A stretch of 64,000 nt of DNA from the human T2T-CHM13v2.0 reference genome, Homo sapiens: NCBI RefSeq assembly GCF_009914755.1, contig NC_060930.1. One strand, given 5' to 3'. A model generated the notes under the pieces. It did no database searches. It saw nothing but the letters and a program-made list of their open reading frames with translations, and had not been told where the DNA came from. The position numbers were made by a program, and so were the translations under genes. Position 1 is the stretch's first letter. Every line of letters begins with the position of its first letter. Positions 25,730-43,852 of this stretch are shown piece by piece.

Positions 25730-26720
25730 ACCATCCATTCATCCATATATCTAGCCAATTATTTATCCAACATTTATAAAGTCTTCATTATGTGGTGAGC
25801 AATAAAAATGCAAAGAATAAGATCTTACCCTACCTTTAAGGGTTTCACAATCTAATAAAGATTTATATCAAAGAGACATATAAATATAATTAAAGCAGTG
25901 TTTCAGTTGCTATATTTGTAATGTATCAGTTATTAGCTGCTTATGACACTAGATGCTTGCACAGGAAGAAGCACTTAACTGATCAGGAGAGGATCCCTAA
26001 AAGGTTGATGCTTCAACTAGGCCTTGAAAAGTGAATCGTTTCTTAGATGGCCAAGGAAAGAACTGGGGGTATCATAAGGAAAGAGGACTTTCTGGACAGA
26101 GGCTGTGCCTGTGAGAAGATAAAAAGGATCAGAAGAACATGGTGTATTCTGAGGAACCTCTATAGTTTCAAATGTCATGACTGTGGAGTGCTTAAGGGTG
26201 GCAGTCAGGGCAAGGCTAGAAAGGTAGGAAGGGCCAGATTATGAATAAGCTTGTGTGACATGATAAAGAATACAGACTTTACCCTGTAGATATTGGTGAA
26301 CCATTACAGGATTTTTAAGAGAGAAACAAGCAAATTAACACTTCCACTCCGGTGGCAGTGTGGAATATAGACTAGAGGGCTTGGGAAGGGAGGCTAAGAG
26401 ACCTGGGGGGAGGCTACTGCAAGCATGCAGAGAGGCATGGTGAGAGACTGAGCTAAGGCAGTGGTGGTGGATATGGAGGAAAGAAAATGTGTCTGACTGG
26501 CCTGTGTGTGGGGTGAGGGGTGGGGAGGGGATAAGTGGTGAGAAAAACTCTTCCACTGATAGGAAGAGCTAGTAGTGGAGTTCTAGGAAGAACTCTAGAA
26601 AGACCCTTTTGGGTTTTGATTTGGGTGACGGAGGAGGTAATGTATATCATTTTGGACATGACAAGTCTGTTGTGCCAGGGGTAATCCTAGTGGAGGCATC
26701 CTGTACCTATTGGATGAATG
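25730..26720 (-). mobile_element. L2 fragment
   Basis: CATCCATTCATCC...CAACATTTAT start; GACTTTACCCTGTAGA..TGGTGAACCATT..AGGATTTTTAAG; GGAGGCTACTGCA; TTTTGGACATG. Confidence 0.7.
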
Positions 26721-27611
26721 TAGTTCAGGGATGGAGGGTGCGGGAGAGGCTCTAAGTCCAATCCCTTTTCATCAAGCAGCTGCATGTACACAGCAATGAA
26801 TTTGGCTCTTAGAGTGGAGCCTGCTGTAGATGTACTCTGAGGTAGATGCCTTCTACCACCTCCTCACCTTTTAGAATACATTATTGGCTGCTACTTTTAT
26901 CTAACCCGTGTCTACCTCTTTAGCCCTACTTTCTACTATTTTTTTGTATTTATCTTTTATCCTGGTTACTCCAGACAACATGCAGTTTTATGGATAGTTT
27001 TATACTATTTTATGAATCCATCATGCTATTCCAAGTTCAGTGTGTTCACAACTGTCTTCTGCTTTAAATTCTCTTCCCACTTTTTACAATTCATTGAAAT
27101 TTCACTTAATAACTGCTTTCTCTAAGAAGCCTGCCTGGATTCCCTGTCTTTTTAAGATAACTTTTTGTGCGCAGTTCTTAAGTGCACAGCCTGTTGGACT
27201 TTATATCATTCCAGGACAGTATTTATAAATATTACATATTATAAGTTTAATATTTTATATAAATGAAATTATCTATTGATTACTTGCAATATCCCATGTC
27301 AATGATTTATCTGATTTACCTGTACATATGAATGGGAGTATACTATACTTACTTTTTAGACCACTTTCTGCAACAAACAATATATCATAAACAATTTTCA
27401 TGTTAGTAAATATATGGCTTCACTATCTTATAGTTATATGGTATTTTAAGATTTTTGCATTTATTATATTAATGATTTTTAAAATAGCACTATTTCCCTA
27501 TCTCTCAGTTTTAAAATTTACTTGTCTATCTTTTCCTGCAGATTGTAAGGTCCTTGCTAGCAGGAGCTAAGTTTTGTTGGAAGGCAATTCTCTGGATTGC
27601 TTGTTTCCTGC

Positions 27612-28020
27612 ACATATTGAGAACAGAGACTGATAGTCTTTGTTCTGGACTATTTTTTTTAAGGATGTTTATATAGTAAATAGCCCTAGAAGTTATAGTG
27701 TCTTCCTCTGAAGCAGAGAGCATGCATGATTACTAACTAGTATAATAAGGATAATGTTCACCTTCAGAACAAATGTTGGGCAAGTTTGCTTGCAGCCCAT
27801 TATATAAGATTTGAGTGTCCTAGGCTCAGAGTGCCTTAACTGTGACCCAACCCTTGTGGGACTTTGGGGGATGAATGGAACTGTGTTCATGCTACTGGCT
27901 CTTCTCTAACAAAGCCCATTGTCTGACTTAATAGTCTAGTGACTTTTCCCAGCATCCCTGAAACTGTGACAGGCTCCCTTGTCAGCTTGCAAGTAGGGTT
28001 GAATCTCACACTTTTCAGTG
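27612..28020 (+). mobile_element. MER76-like ERVL LTR
   Basis: AAGGATGTTTATATAGTAAATAGCC, GTATAATAAGGATAATG, GCCCATTAT, CCTAGGCTCAG, CAGCATCC-TGAAACTGTG, AGCTTGCAAGTAGGGT. Confidence 0.6.
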
Positions 28021-28902
28021 TATATCTCAGTACTTATTGTTACTATTTATTATTATTGTTTTAAAAAGCTAGCATTTACTAAGTGCTTACTATGGGCTAA
28101 ATTTTACAGGCATTTTTTTTTCAGTTGTCACATAACCATGAGTAGAATGTTATTTCCTCATTTTATAGATAAGCAAATTTTATGGAGATGTTAATAACTT
28201 GTCAAGATCATGTCATTAGGAAGTGATGGAGTTGAGAATCAAATCCAGGCCTTGAAGTCCCAAACTATTATTTTGCATATCACTACAGAATAGCTAAGTG
28301 GAGAAATCATCCCAGGGATTGTTAGTACTATAATTGGGCTAATTTCTTAATCTAAATGAGTGAATTCTTTGGTTTAAAGAAAATAAACACAGGGTAGAGG
28401 GACCTTTGTGCACCAGGAGGCCTTTCCCACCCTCCTCAGATAAGATGACAAGAAATAAATTATATATATATATATATACTCAGCCTAGCTGAGGGGAACA
28501 GGATATACATGTTGGACATAATCCTTGCTCTCAGGGATCTTGTAGTCTTGTTTGGGAGGTTAAATTTACACATATTAAGCAATTAGAAGAAAGTAAGATA
28601 GTATGCAATTAAGTTCCACATTGAATGGTTCAAGCAACAAGTAAGTTACTAGTAGAGAGAGAGCTATGAACAATTAGGGCTGTATCCATTGGAAAAGATT
28701 TGTGGAGGAGGCAGGGCTTGAGCAGAGCCTGGGGGAAGGGAAAGTCAGTTCCATGGGGAGTCAAAAAGCCTAAAAATTCTAGGAGAAAATAACACACTTG
28801 TTTTCTGTTCCAGGAAAAAATACTTCTCATGCCTGATTTATTCCTTATATGGAAAGAACAGTTTTGCAGTTTTGTGTCCTTTCAAAAATCACAACATACA
28901 GC

Positions 28903-28925
28903 CACACACACGCGCGCGGGCGTGT

Positions 28926-28976
<51 letters not shown>

Positions 28977-28977
28977 C
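28903..28977. repeat. Alternating purine-pyrimidine tract (CA)n(CG)n(CA)n
   Basis: CACACACACGCGCGCGGGCGTGTGCACATACACACA... Confidence 0.9.
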
Positions 28978-31496
28978 CATACGCAAAGATACGAAACCCA
29001 CCATGCTATTTTCTCATTTGCACTTAACTCGAGAGGTTATGAGTCTTTTTTCCTGGTGTGGATGTTGCCACAGGCTCCTGACATTCTTAACTTGATTGGA
29101 TCCCTGCAGTGCAGTCTACTTCAGACTACCTTTTTTAGACCACTTGAAAGTTTTTCGATTTATTCAGCAGAATATTTCAGCCTGTCAGCTTTGGAGAGCT
29201 AGTGCCTGCAGAAGATATATCTTTCCTCTGCAGGTGGCACTGCCTGCCAATTTTTCTTTGGGGTGAGCTCTTGTTCGGAAGCAGCCGTCTGTGGTTTGAG
29301 TACCAGTCATATTGCAGTTGATCTCCTTTTCTGTCTACTGCTCTATCTGGATAATGGCTATACCTGCTGTGTGTGAGTGGAGAGAGGAGCCTACTGTATT
29401 ATTTCTTTGCTTTGTGATTAGCAAATTACTTTTTGCTTAAACTGGGTCATCCCATCTCTTTTTTCTTGCCTGAGCTATTTATCTGCCTCTATCATTTCCT
29501 AGATGTTGATATCAATGTCACTTTGCCTTAGATGGTGTCCCCTGCGTCCTTAGAGTTCCTGCTGTCTTCTCTTTGATTATTTGACATCCACTCTGCAGAA
29601 TGGCTTCACTCTCCTCCTGCTGTCCATCCTCATCATATAAGCAATATGGTTCAGCTGAACTTCCATGAGCCTTTCCCACTGGGCTTCAGAGAGGAAGCAG
29701 AAAAATTTCCTATGAGATTGTCAGAGACCTTTAGAAAGTACCTCCATTTACTCCTGATAGCACAAGACAGAGCCTCAAGGCAAAACATACTTATTTCTGT
29801 CAGTTTTACTAAGTGGATTTTATGAGATGACATTGACTTCAAAAGTAATCATGAAGGAGGGAAAAGACTTCCTTTTTTCTGGAGTTTTCTTCCGCTTTCT
29901 CTGTTCTTTGTGAATGTGAATTTCCTTCTGCACAGCAAATTACCAGGGGATTAATTTTAAAAATTTAACCAAATTAATTATAATTCCAGGCTATGTCTTA
30001 AGGCATACTAAGCTCTAGTAATGGAAAAGTCCAGAAGAGGCCATTGAGCTCCTTTTTTTTCGTTGTGGGAGGGAGGACCCTTGAGCATCCCAGACAGAAC
30101 AGATGGGTTTTAAGGGTATTTATGGGTGTCTTGTAAAACAGGGAGTGGGAGAAGATGTGGCTTATGGTAGATGAGTCTGTTTTTAACAAGTAACAGTTAG
30201 TAGTAATGAAGATTGTACACTATTAATAAAACAGCTAAGAAAAGGACTGGAGAATTATGGTAGCTAATGGTCTGAAGAACATTTACTATAAACCTGATTT
30301 TATGATACATTTTAGAAGAGGAGTTTGATCATCAATATTCACTCTCTCATGACATGTTGCACATAAAGTCTGATCCCAGGAACATTTTTAAAATACCTTC
30401 TAAAATTATAGAAGACAAGAAAAGATAGCTTTCACATGCTAGGGAAGTTCTCTGAAGCTTTTTGCCACTCTTGAAGTAGGAATCTTCCATCAGATTATTT
30501 CCACTAAAGATTTACCCTTAGGGAAAACTCATAAGAAAGTGAAAATGTCAGCTCACAGAATATTTAAACTTCTGTAAAACAATGAGATATTCAATCAGGT
30601 GGTTGGTGGCTCACAGGTGTCTTGGTTTTGAATTTCATGATAATCTCAAGGAGTTTTTGTTCACAGTAGAGTTACAGTGTTTGGTCTTTTAGTTACATCT
30701 TTAACTTATGAGGAAAGTTCGCTCTTTTCTGCTCACAGGTGGTGGCAACTATCAGTTGAATCTTCCTTTGAGGTGCTAATGTTAGTGAAAACTCTTTCAC
30801 CTCACCCCAGGCACTGTGGGCAGAGCTGTGATTTCAAGCATGGCTAGTAAAATTAGTGCCGAGATATTTTCCTTCCGTTATGTCCCTGGTTTCTCAGGGC
30901 ATATTTTAATTTGGAATAAATAGCCCTGGCTTCCCTTAAACCAGAAACAGATAGAAGAACTTCATTGTATTACAACTCAAATTGCTGTTTTTTTCTAGCT
31001 CTCAGGAGCAATTCCTAATTCAGTCTGAACTGAACAATGAAGAAATGTGTTAAAGAAGGAAAGATAAAAAGGGTATTTGAGAACTTTTAAGTTTTCTCTA
31101 AATCAAATCTTCAATATGGGATTTTGTTATTAATTTTTGCTTTGTGTATACTCCCAAAGCATAAACCACCCTTGTATTCAGAATAATTATGAAAACAAGA
31201 AAACACATCCCAATGGTATATATACTTTATTTGTGGGTTACTTGATGTTTTCTACCATATCTCTTCTTTCTGCCACTTGTTAGGTTAATGATCTGTAAAC
31301 TATTGTATTCACTCATGTGTTGGTAAAATACTTTGAGCATGCACTCCCCAAATATCTTTTTATATATATATGTATTTATACATTAAATATACTTACCATT
31401 ATGCTAATATATGTACATTAAAATATGTACAATAATTTAAAAATAAGCTTAAAAATGTATTTTAAATATCTTGCCCATGTATATGTGTGTGTGTGT

Positions 31497-31654
31497 ATTT
31501 TTTTTTTAAGGGATGGAGTCTACCTCTGTTACCCAAGCTGGAGTGCAGTGGCACAATCATAGCTCACTACAGCCTTGAACTCCAGGCCTCAAGTGATCCT
31601 CCTGCTTTGGCCTCAAAGCACTGGGATTACAGGCATGAGCCAGTGCACCTGGCC
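31497..31654 (-). mobile_element. Alu monomer (FAM/FRAM-like)
   Basis: Single ~150-bp monomer with T-tail, ending GCACCTGGCC. Confidence 0.8.
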
Positions 31655-31774
31655 TTGTTTCAAATATCTTGATAATATCATTTGTTAATAGCTTATGGCA
31701 TGACAAACACTTAAGACAAAGGTAATTGTTAACCATAGTAAATGTAAATTCATATTTTATTTTTTCCTTTAAAA

Positions 31775-32116
31775 ATGGTTTGTAATTGACACATAATAAT
31801 TATACATATTTATGGGGTACATAGTGATGTTTCAATACATACAATGTATAGTAATCATATCGGAATAATTAGCATATCCATCCTCTCGAACGTTTTCCAC
31901 TTTTTTGTGTTGGAAATATTCAGTATCTTTCTTCTAGCTGTTTGAAAGTATAAATTATTAACTATAGTCATCCTACAGTGCTATAGAACACTAGAACTTA
32001 TTCCTCCTTTCTAGCTGTACTTTTGTATCTTTAAAAAGTCTCTCCCTATTCCCCACACCCTTCTCAGCCTCTAGTATGCTCTATTCTACTTTTACTTCTA
32101 TGACTTCAACTTTTTT
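31775..32116 (-). mobile_element. L1MA (MA5-like) 3' end
   Basis: TAATTGACACATAATAATTATACATATTTATGGGGTACATAGTGATGTTTC; GTGCTATAGAACACTAGAACTTATTCCTCC. Confidence 0.8.
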
Positions 32117-32660
32117 AATGTTTTATATGTTTTTTATTGATATATAATAGATGTACATATTTTCTGAGTACATGTGATAATTTTATACATTCATATAATT
32201 TGTAAAGATCAAATCATGGAGACTGGGATATCCAATTTTTTGATATTTAAATGAAATATTTATCTTTGCTTTATGCTAGGAACATTCAAATTATTCTCTT
32301 CTATTTTGAAATATTCCATAGATTATTCTTAACTATATTCACTCTACTGTTCCACTGAACACTAGGCATTATTTCTTCTATCTAACTATATATTTGTACT
32401 CCTTAATCAACCTTTTTAAATAGTTTCCTGTCCCTACCCCTCCTGGCCTTCGATAACCACCAATCTTTCACTATCTTCATGAGATTCACTTTTTAAATTT
32501 CCGCATGTGAGTTAGAACAATGCAATATTTGTCTTTCTTTGCTTGACTTATTTTACTTAATATAATGTTTTCTAGTTCCATCCGTGTTACTGCCAATGAC
32601 AGAGTTTTATTCTTTTTGATGGCTGCATAATATTCCACTGGGTATATATGCCACATTTTC

Positions 32661-32963
32661 TTTTTTTTTTTTATTTTTTTTGAGACAAAGTCTCACTCTA
32701 TCACCCAGCCTGGAGTGCAGTGGTGCAATCTTGGCTCACTGCAACCTCTGCCTCCCAGGTTGCAATTCTCCCACCTCAGCCTCTCCTGAGTAGCAAGGAC
32801 TACAGGCACACACCACTATGTCCCGCTAATTTTTGTATTTTTTGGTAGAGACAGGGTTTTACCATGTTAGTCAGGCTGGTCTCAAACTCCTGACCTCAAG
32901 TGATCTGCCCACCTTGGCTTCCAGAAGTGCTGAGATTACAAGTATGAGCCAATGTGCCTGGCC
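32661..32963 (-). mobile_element. AluS
   Basis: Full dimer, CTCCTGACCTCAAGTGATCTGCCC; TSD CACATTTTCTTT / CACATATTCTTT. Confidence 0.93.
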
Positions 32964-33385
32964 TCACATATTCTTTACCTGTTCATCTGTTGTTGGACAC
33001 TTGGGTTGATTCCTATCTTGGCTATTGTGAATAGTGCTGCAATAAACATGGGGATGTAGATGTCTCTTTGAAATACTAATTTCCTTTCCTTTGGATTAGT
33101 ACCCAGTAATGGGATTGTAGTTTTCTGAGGAACCTCCATACTGTTCTCTGTATTTGTTTACATTCCCACCAACAGTGTACAAGCATTTTCTTTTCTCCAC
33201 ATCCTTCCCAGCATTTGTTATTTTTTGTCTTTTTGATAATAGTCATTCTGAGGTGAGATGATATCTCATTGTGGTTTTGATTTGCATTTCCCTGATGATT
33301 AGTGATGTTAAATGTTTTCTCATATACATGTTGGCTATTTGTATGTCTTCTTTTGAAAAATGTTTGTTCAGATCATTTGCCCATG

Positions 33386-36781
<3,396 letters not shown>

Positions 36782-39700
36782 TCATTCTGTAGGTTATCTT
36801 TCCACTCTGTTGATTTCTTTGCAGTGCAGAAAGTTTTTGGTTTGATATAATCCCATTTGTTTACTTTTGGTTTTTCTTTTGCTTATGTGTTTGGGTCTTA
36901 TTCATAAAATCTTTCCCCACACCTATGTACTGAAGAGTTTCTCCTGTGTTTTCTTCTTGTAGTTTTATAGTTTCCATCTTACATTTAGGTCTTTAATCTA
37001 TTTTGAGTTGATTTTTGTATAGGGTAAGAGGTGGAGGCCTAATGTTATTCTTCTGTATAGGAATGTCCAGTTTTCCTAGCATCATTTATTGAAGTAACTG
37101 TCCTTTCCTCAATGAATGTTCTTGTTGCCTTTGTAAAAAATTAGTTGGCTGTAGGTGTGTGGATTAATGTCTAGGTTCTCTATTCTGTTCCATTGGTCTA
37201 TGTGCCTGTTTTTATGCTAGTAGCATGCTGTTTTTGTTACTGTAGCTTTGTAGTATATTTTAAAGTCTGGTAGTGTGATGCCTGCAGCTTTGTTCTTTTT
37301 GCTCAGTCTTGTTTTAGCTCTTTGGGTTTTTTGTGATTCCATACAAATGTTAGTATTTTTTTTTTCTATTTCAGTGAAGACAGTCGTTGGTATTTTGCTA
37401 GGTATTGCATTGAATCTATAGATTGCTTTGGGCAGTAGGGCCATTTTAACAGTTAAATTCCTATTTTAAATAATCCTCTTGATACATTAAAATTATTTTT
37501 GGCCACCAAATTATTATCGTTTTTATCTTACAAGGAAAATTTTATGTAAAGAGAACTGTCAGCTTTGTCATTTATTGTTAATTCATGTTTACATTATTAG
37601 TATCATATTCAATATGTGGTCTTTGGAGGAGTGTTTTTAAACTACTTGTCTAGTTTAGGAGAGTCCTTTAGCTAAAACTAGAAAATTATCTATAAATCTG
37701 AATAGCCAGTCACATTTTAAGTACAATATATCTACTACACTAAAAGGAAATGCACGAGTGAGGCATGACTTTTAACTCCTCCGTATTGTGGAGCAACTTT
37801 TTCCCCCAGTACACCTCATCTCCTGTATGTGATGGTGACCATGTGATACACAGATGGGCAAGGACGTGAATGTTCATCTGAATATTAAATGCTAGAAAAT
37901 TGATAAAGCTTGTCTTTTTTTGAAGATAAAATGAATAAAAATTTTAATATTTTCTTTTCAACTCATATGGATTGTCTTGTGTACCCCTGAGAGAGAGATT
38001 GCCAACTTGGAGACAACTCTTTTTAATAGTATGAATTAATAATCTGAAAAATCTATGTATCTATTTAAGGTGAGTACTATTTTATTTTATGGTAATAGAT
38101 ATAAAGACAAAGTGTCATAGTCAAGAAATTCTAATAAGTCTTCAATTAAATAATGTATCTATGATTCCCTATGACTTTTCAGAATCACTTCATTTAACTC
38201 TGCTACTCTGTATGAATTCCATTAAGGACTAGTTTTTAGGGAAGAGAATTCCAGCAATTAAGTTCTAATTAAGCTGTTTAAAGTATAGGTTAACTAAAAT
38301 ATGCATTTACTGAGGTATAGTGTTAAGCTCATTAGGTGACATTTATGAGAAATTCTGTCAGTCTCTTGTGGATCTAATGAATTCTGATAAAATACCTCAG
38401 AACTTAGCTTGTGAACTGCGAAATGGCTCTAATGAAGATACAGCTACAAATGCTCTGGGCTGTTGGAAAGTGGAAGTGTTTACTAATGTAATTGGTCTTA
38501 GAAAAAAACTGATTCAAGAAAAATGGGCATAAAAGAGATTAGGGATGTTATTTTGGAGAGTGAGAACATCTAAAACAAAACTTAAGATTACTTCTCCTTT
38601 ATTTTAGATAATTAAAAAGATTTGTTTATTACATAAATTTGGAAATCACTATTCTACATAGTTATAGGATTAGAATTAATTTTTTCGTAAGTACGTTCTT
38701 AAGACCTTAGGGTATAATATATTTAACTCTGGGAAAGATAGCAATGGTTTTTCCCCAATCCAGGAATAAACATGAAACTGTTTGTTTTCTCTATTTTTTT
38801 CTCTAAATATTTTGTACTTGCCTTCTAACTTTTGAAGCCATATGCCATGGTAGAAGCAGTGGCTGTATGTTTTAGAGACACCAAAGGGCCCCCTGATGTT
38901 ATTTGCAGGAGCAATTTATCTTTAGGATAGGATTTATGAATTTTTTGAAAAGTATCTGAGCTATTCAAGTTTATTTTTACAAAGGCTAGTATCAGTAGGT
39001 GTGACTTCTTAAGATAGAATTCTGTTAAAATTTTTATCCTAAGTCTCTTTTTGTGTCATTGTATAAAATCAGGAAGTGTATTTGGGAATAGGTACAATAA
39101 GGACTCTTTCTTATCCTCAAAAGCTTCTTGATAATAACATTTTCTTCTTTCCAACTTATGTTGTGAGGAACAGTATGTCTATATAGACATTTAAAATGTT
39201 GGATGTGTTCCATTCACATATTATATATCCTTTGGACATCAAGCAGATTTTGAATTCTCTTGTAGTGTGAGCATCACACCTTTTTTTTTTTGTCAAAGTG
39301 CTATTCGGCTTTTGTTCGTTTAGCATTAAAAAAAAGATATCAAAATCTATTAATGCTTTCTATGACCTTTTATAGATGAAGACAAGGCAAAAAAAATTTT
39401 TCCCAAAAAATCAATTTAAATTATTACTATAAAATTTCTGAATGATCTGCTGTGCAATAGGGGCATATATTTTCCTAAAATTAAGACTTAAATAATAGGT
39501 TTATATTGACTATCGATTAGTAGCAAAACTTTAGAGATGTCCATGAATCCTCATATTCTGGAAGTTGCTAGAAATATAGAGGAAATTAAAATTAACAGTC
39601 TTGTACCAGATTCTTATTGCCTATACTTCATATTTCTCTGTATTTGTAGCTTGTAGTCTCTGCAGAGTCTTTTCAATTTGAATGGTAAAGAATAATGGCT

Positions 39701-42700
39701 GCCAAACATAGCTAACCATTAAAATCATGGTTGTTAGGAAACAAGATCTCCAGCCCCATCATTGATTCAATGATCTGGGGGCAGATGGTGAGGGTGGGGG
39801 AAAGGGGCATGCAGAAATCAGCATTTTAAAACCTCCCCATGTGGTTCTGATAATAAACCAGATTTGGCTTAAGTATCGAAGTGGTCATATTTCTTATTAC
39901 AGCAATTAGAAGGAAAAGAAAAACTTCATGGTTTTAAAAGGGCAGAATTTCAAGCAATCACAGTGTCAGTGCACGTAATAGAAGACATTTACTTCAATAA
40001 GTTTGCTGCTTATTGCAATATCCCTGTCAGAAACAATGTGACTTTGTTCCTGGGTCACAAAGCCTGGCATACTTAATGAGAGGGTGTAATGAGAAGGCAG
40101 TCATAGCCCCTTGGGAAGAGGACTAGAGGAAGGCCATCCTTTCTGATTCTGATAGATTGTGGACAGAAAGAAGGAGAAGGGAGAGTCAGTCAACAGTATG
40201 TCTAATTCCCTTCCTCCCGTTAAGCTCTGATGTGGAAGAGAGTTACTTGGGTTTAAGTGAATAATTGTGGGAAGCAGCCCAGATTTATTGGCCGGCTTCC
40301 CTGGACTTATAAGGAAACAATTGCAGATACTTAGAGGAAAAGTAACCTTTAGCTCAGTGCCACAGCTTAGCATAACATAATTGAGATGGTGTAAGTCATA
40401 GAAAAGGAAAAACAGGGAGTAAAATTCAAGTTTTGGGAATCACACCAGTAAAAATTATTATACTATATCTGAAATTTAAAAGTAAGATGCTAGATTACCA
40501 TATAGAGAATTTACAAAATAAATGGAAAATATCAAATTTAACACCTCATGAGCCCCTCATGTAGGGGGTCTCACATTCACATCAAGACTGTAAAAAGGTG
40601 GTGAAAATGGACCTAGGGAGACTGTTAAAGACAGAGGAGAAGGTGAAGAGGATGTGTATATGTATGTGTGGATGGGGAGTAAGAGAGTTTCTATCTCCTT
40701 CACTTCAAGCTCAGTTTGGGAGGAGGCTTCAATGGGATCACTCAGTTTGAAATGTATTCTCTACACTTGGGTAACACAGAGAACAATGCCTGTCTGCAAC
40801 AGAAGGGTAAAGGTGGCAGTGTGAGGACAGGCTAACACTTATAAGCTTGTTGGAACTAAGGATGTATGAGCATTTCCCATGTTGGGGATGTGGAAAAGAG
40901 ATCTTTCTGAGTTGGAAGTATGAGGAATCTTTTAACAGTGAAAGTCCAAAATTGAGTGGGGGCACTATAAAAGCCAGGGGCTCAGGAAGGGCAGTTGTCC
41001 ACATGTCAATGTGGCCAGAAATGGAGGTTTCCAATGAGAACACTCTCTAAGGAACCCATAAAAGCCTCTATGAAGAAGAGTCAATATTAAAACACACTCC
41101 AGAAGGCCCCCTTATCACGGAACAATAGAACTTGCCACTGTCCATGGCCTTTTCTTAATGCACTCTCCATGTGGAACCAATCCTGGGAAGTTCTGCATCT
41201 TGCTGATCAAGCTGGTGGAAGAAGAGTAGGATTAGCCTAGTAAGAGAGGCTAATCCTTTCCCACTGTAAGTTGTCAGCTTAGGCCCCAGCAAGTGAGAGC
41301 AGAGGGGATACTAGTTAAAGTTGTGTTTAGAGTTTTGATTATCACATGAACCAGCTTAATTTAGCAAATCAGAATTTTTTTTGAATTGTAATGACTGAAG
41401 GATTGCTTATATGCGTGAAAGTTTTACATCTATGGGGAGGGAGTGGAAAGATATTTTATTAATCTTAAAAGTGTTTAAAAGAAGGGAAATAAAAATGAAA
41501 ATTGTGTTTTAATCACACTGGGTTAGCTTAATACAACCATTTCAGATAGGCTGATTGGTAAAGGGATGTGGAAATGTCTGTGTGCCCTGGGGAGGGATGT
41601 GGAGGTGCAGAGAGTGCTGGTTGAGTGGTGGAGTCACAAGGCAGCACTATTCTGTACTATAAGACTAGGGGTAAGGAGTAACTTCAAGGACTTCACTTTT
41701 AAGAACAAGCAAGACATCTTCCTCTCACCAAAAATAGAAAAATAAGTGTAACAAAAATATTGACCTAGTGTAAGTGTAGTACCAGAAGACCAGACCAGTT
41801 GCTCTGCAGAGATGACCCATAGATTCAGGTCCCTTTTCCCAAACTCTGCTGGCTTATATGTCATACGCTACTCCCTTCACTTGGTACCATCTTGAAGAGG
41901 AGGAGAGGATGGGTGCAATGGAACTGGACAATTTATTGAAGTCATATAAGCAGAGACTGAGTTACCTAAAGAGGCAGCTTAAATTATTAGGTCAAATGAA
42001 AGATACTGCAATGAACTAAATTTTAGTTTTTCCATGCTAAATAATTACTGATAGTAATGGTGGTTGTAACAATGGTAGTGAAGGGTAGTAGTTATAAAAA
42101 AAGGTCAGAACAAGTTAGAAAAAAAATTATAGCATAGTATGAGGGAATTATTTACTTTTCTCCATTTGTGGTCATTTTTTCTTGTAGTATTTCATTGGAG
42201 GAGGAAGATAAATCAGGTAGCTGCTGTGTAGTACAGGCTCAATGCTTATTTCTTTCACTGATTTTAGGGCAGTATTAGGGATCATACATTACTTTGTTTC
42301 TTGGGCTGGTGAAGAGAGAATCTGGTGTGGGAGAGAAGAAAGACTGCACTGGATGAGAGTGGAGAAGTCATAGAATGGCTTATATTTTCTCACCAAGCAG
42401 TCAAAAATAGCGAGTGGCTTCTTCACATTAGTTATGTTTTGAATGGGTCAAGAGCCAAGTGTGTTTAGCTTTTGCCACCACATACTTTCTCAAAGAGAAG
42501 GAGGTGGGGGGAGGGAAGAGGTTGATTTATTATTGTAGGGGATTTCTCCTTGATTTTCTTTTCCTTGATTTTATTTCCAGAATGGAGCTAATGGTATTGA
42601 AGATATGCAAAACTAGGTGGTATTGTTCAAGTATACTGATTTAACACTTCCATTTTACAGCTTTTATTTTAAAAAGGGAGACTGAGAAAATTTATTTTAC

Positions 42701-43523
42701 AAAAAAAGTGAGGCTACTGAACTTCTTGATTTCTTAAGAGGACCACAAGGACTTAATAACCTTAGAAGTACAAGCTACCTTGTAGATGGCTGCAGGATGG
42801 CAGAATGTCTATAAGAGTCATGGATATGGATTCTTTTAAGAAATCAATCATCTTGGGTGATCAGACCATATTATAACAGACAAGGCATGACCTTTTTCCT
42901 GGTTAACCTATTTATTTTTCCTCTTGTGTTTATTAAAGAGTCTATTTTCAAGGTGGGGAGGATAATATAGGCACATTATTTAGACCTAATAAATGATTGG
43001 TAACATGGCTTTTTTTTTGAGAGTGCTTTGATGGAGTTTTGTTTGTTTTAACTTTGAGGGTTAGTATTATTTTTAAAAAAAGAAGAAAAAGAAAAGGGAA
43101 AAAATTATGAACTTTTTGGGACTTCATGATCTTGCATCAGCATGTATTTAAAAGCCATTAAGCATCTTGATTAGTTTGGAACATGGTATAAAGACTGTTA
43201 CATTACTGGTTGCTGCAGCTGAATACCGGTTGCAATATTTGTCACAGTAAAATGCACCAATCAGAAAATGTGGGAAAATTATTATACACTTCAGTGGTTG
43301 ATTTGGCCTAGGTATTGGACATAATGAGAGTCATTTAAAGAAAAGTATTCAAAGGGTTAGATACTATAGAAGGGATAGCAGTTCAGCTGTGGTAGACATG
43401 ACCACAAAATAAAGTGTGGAATTTCTTAGGCCACACATAGAGATAATTTTCCTTATTGAATGATCACACTTTGCATATGTTAATGACTTTTCCTTACATC
43501 TTTAGGTTGAGCGATCACTCTTA

Positions 43524-43852
<329 letters not shown>

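Noticed and set aside
40500-41960. Possible ancient Gypsy-like or ERVL LTR fragments
   Set aside because: Resemblance too weak to assign a family or boundaries without an HMM search.
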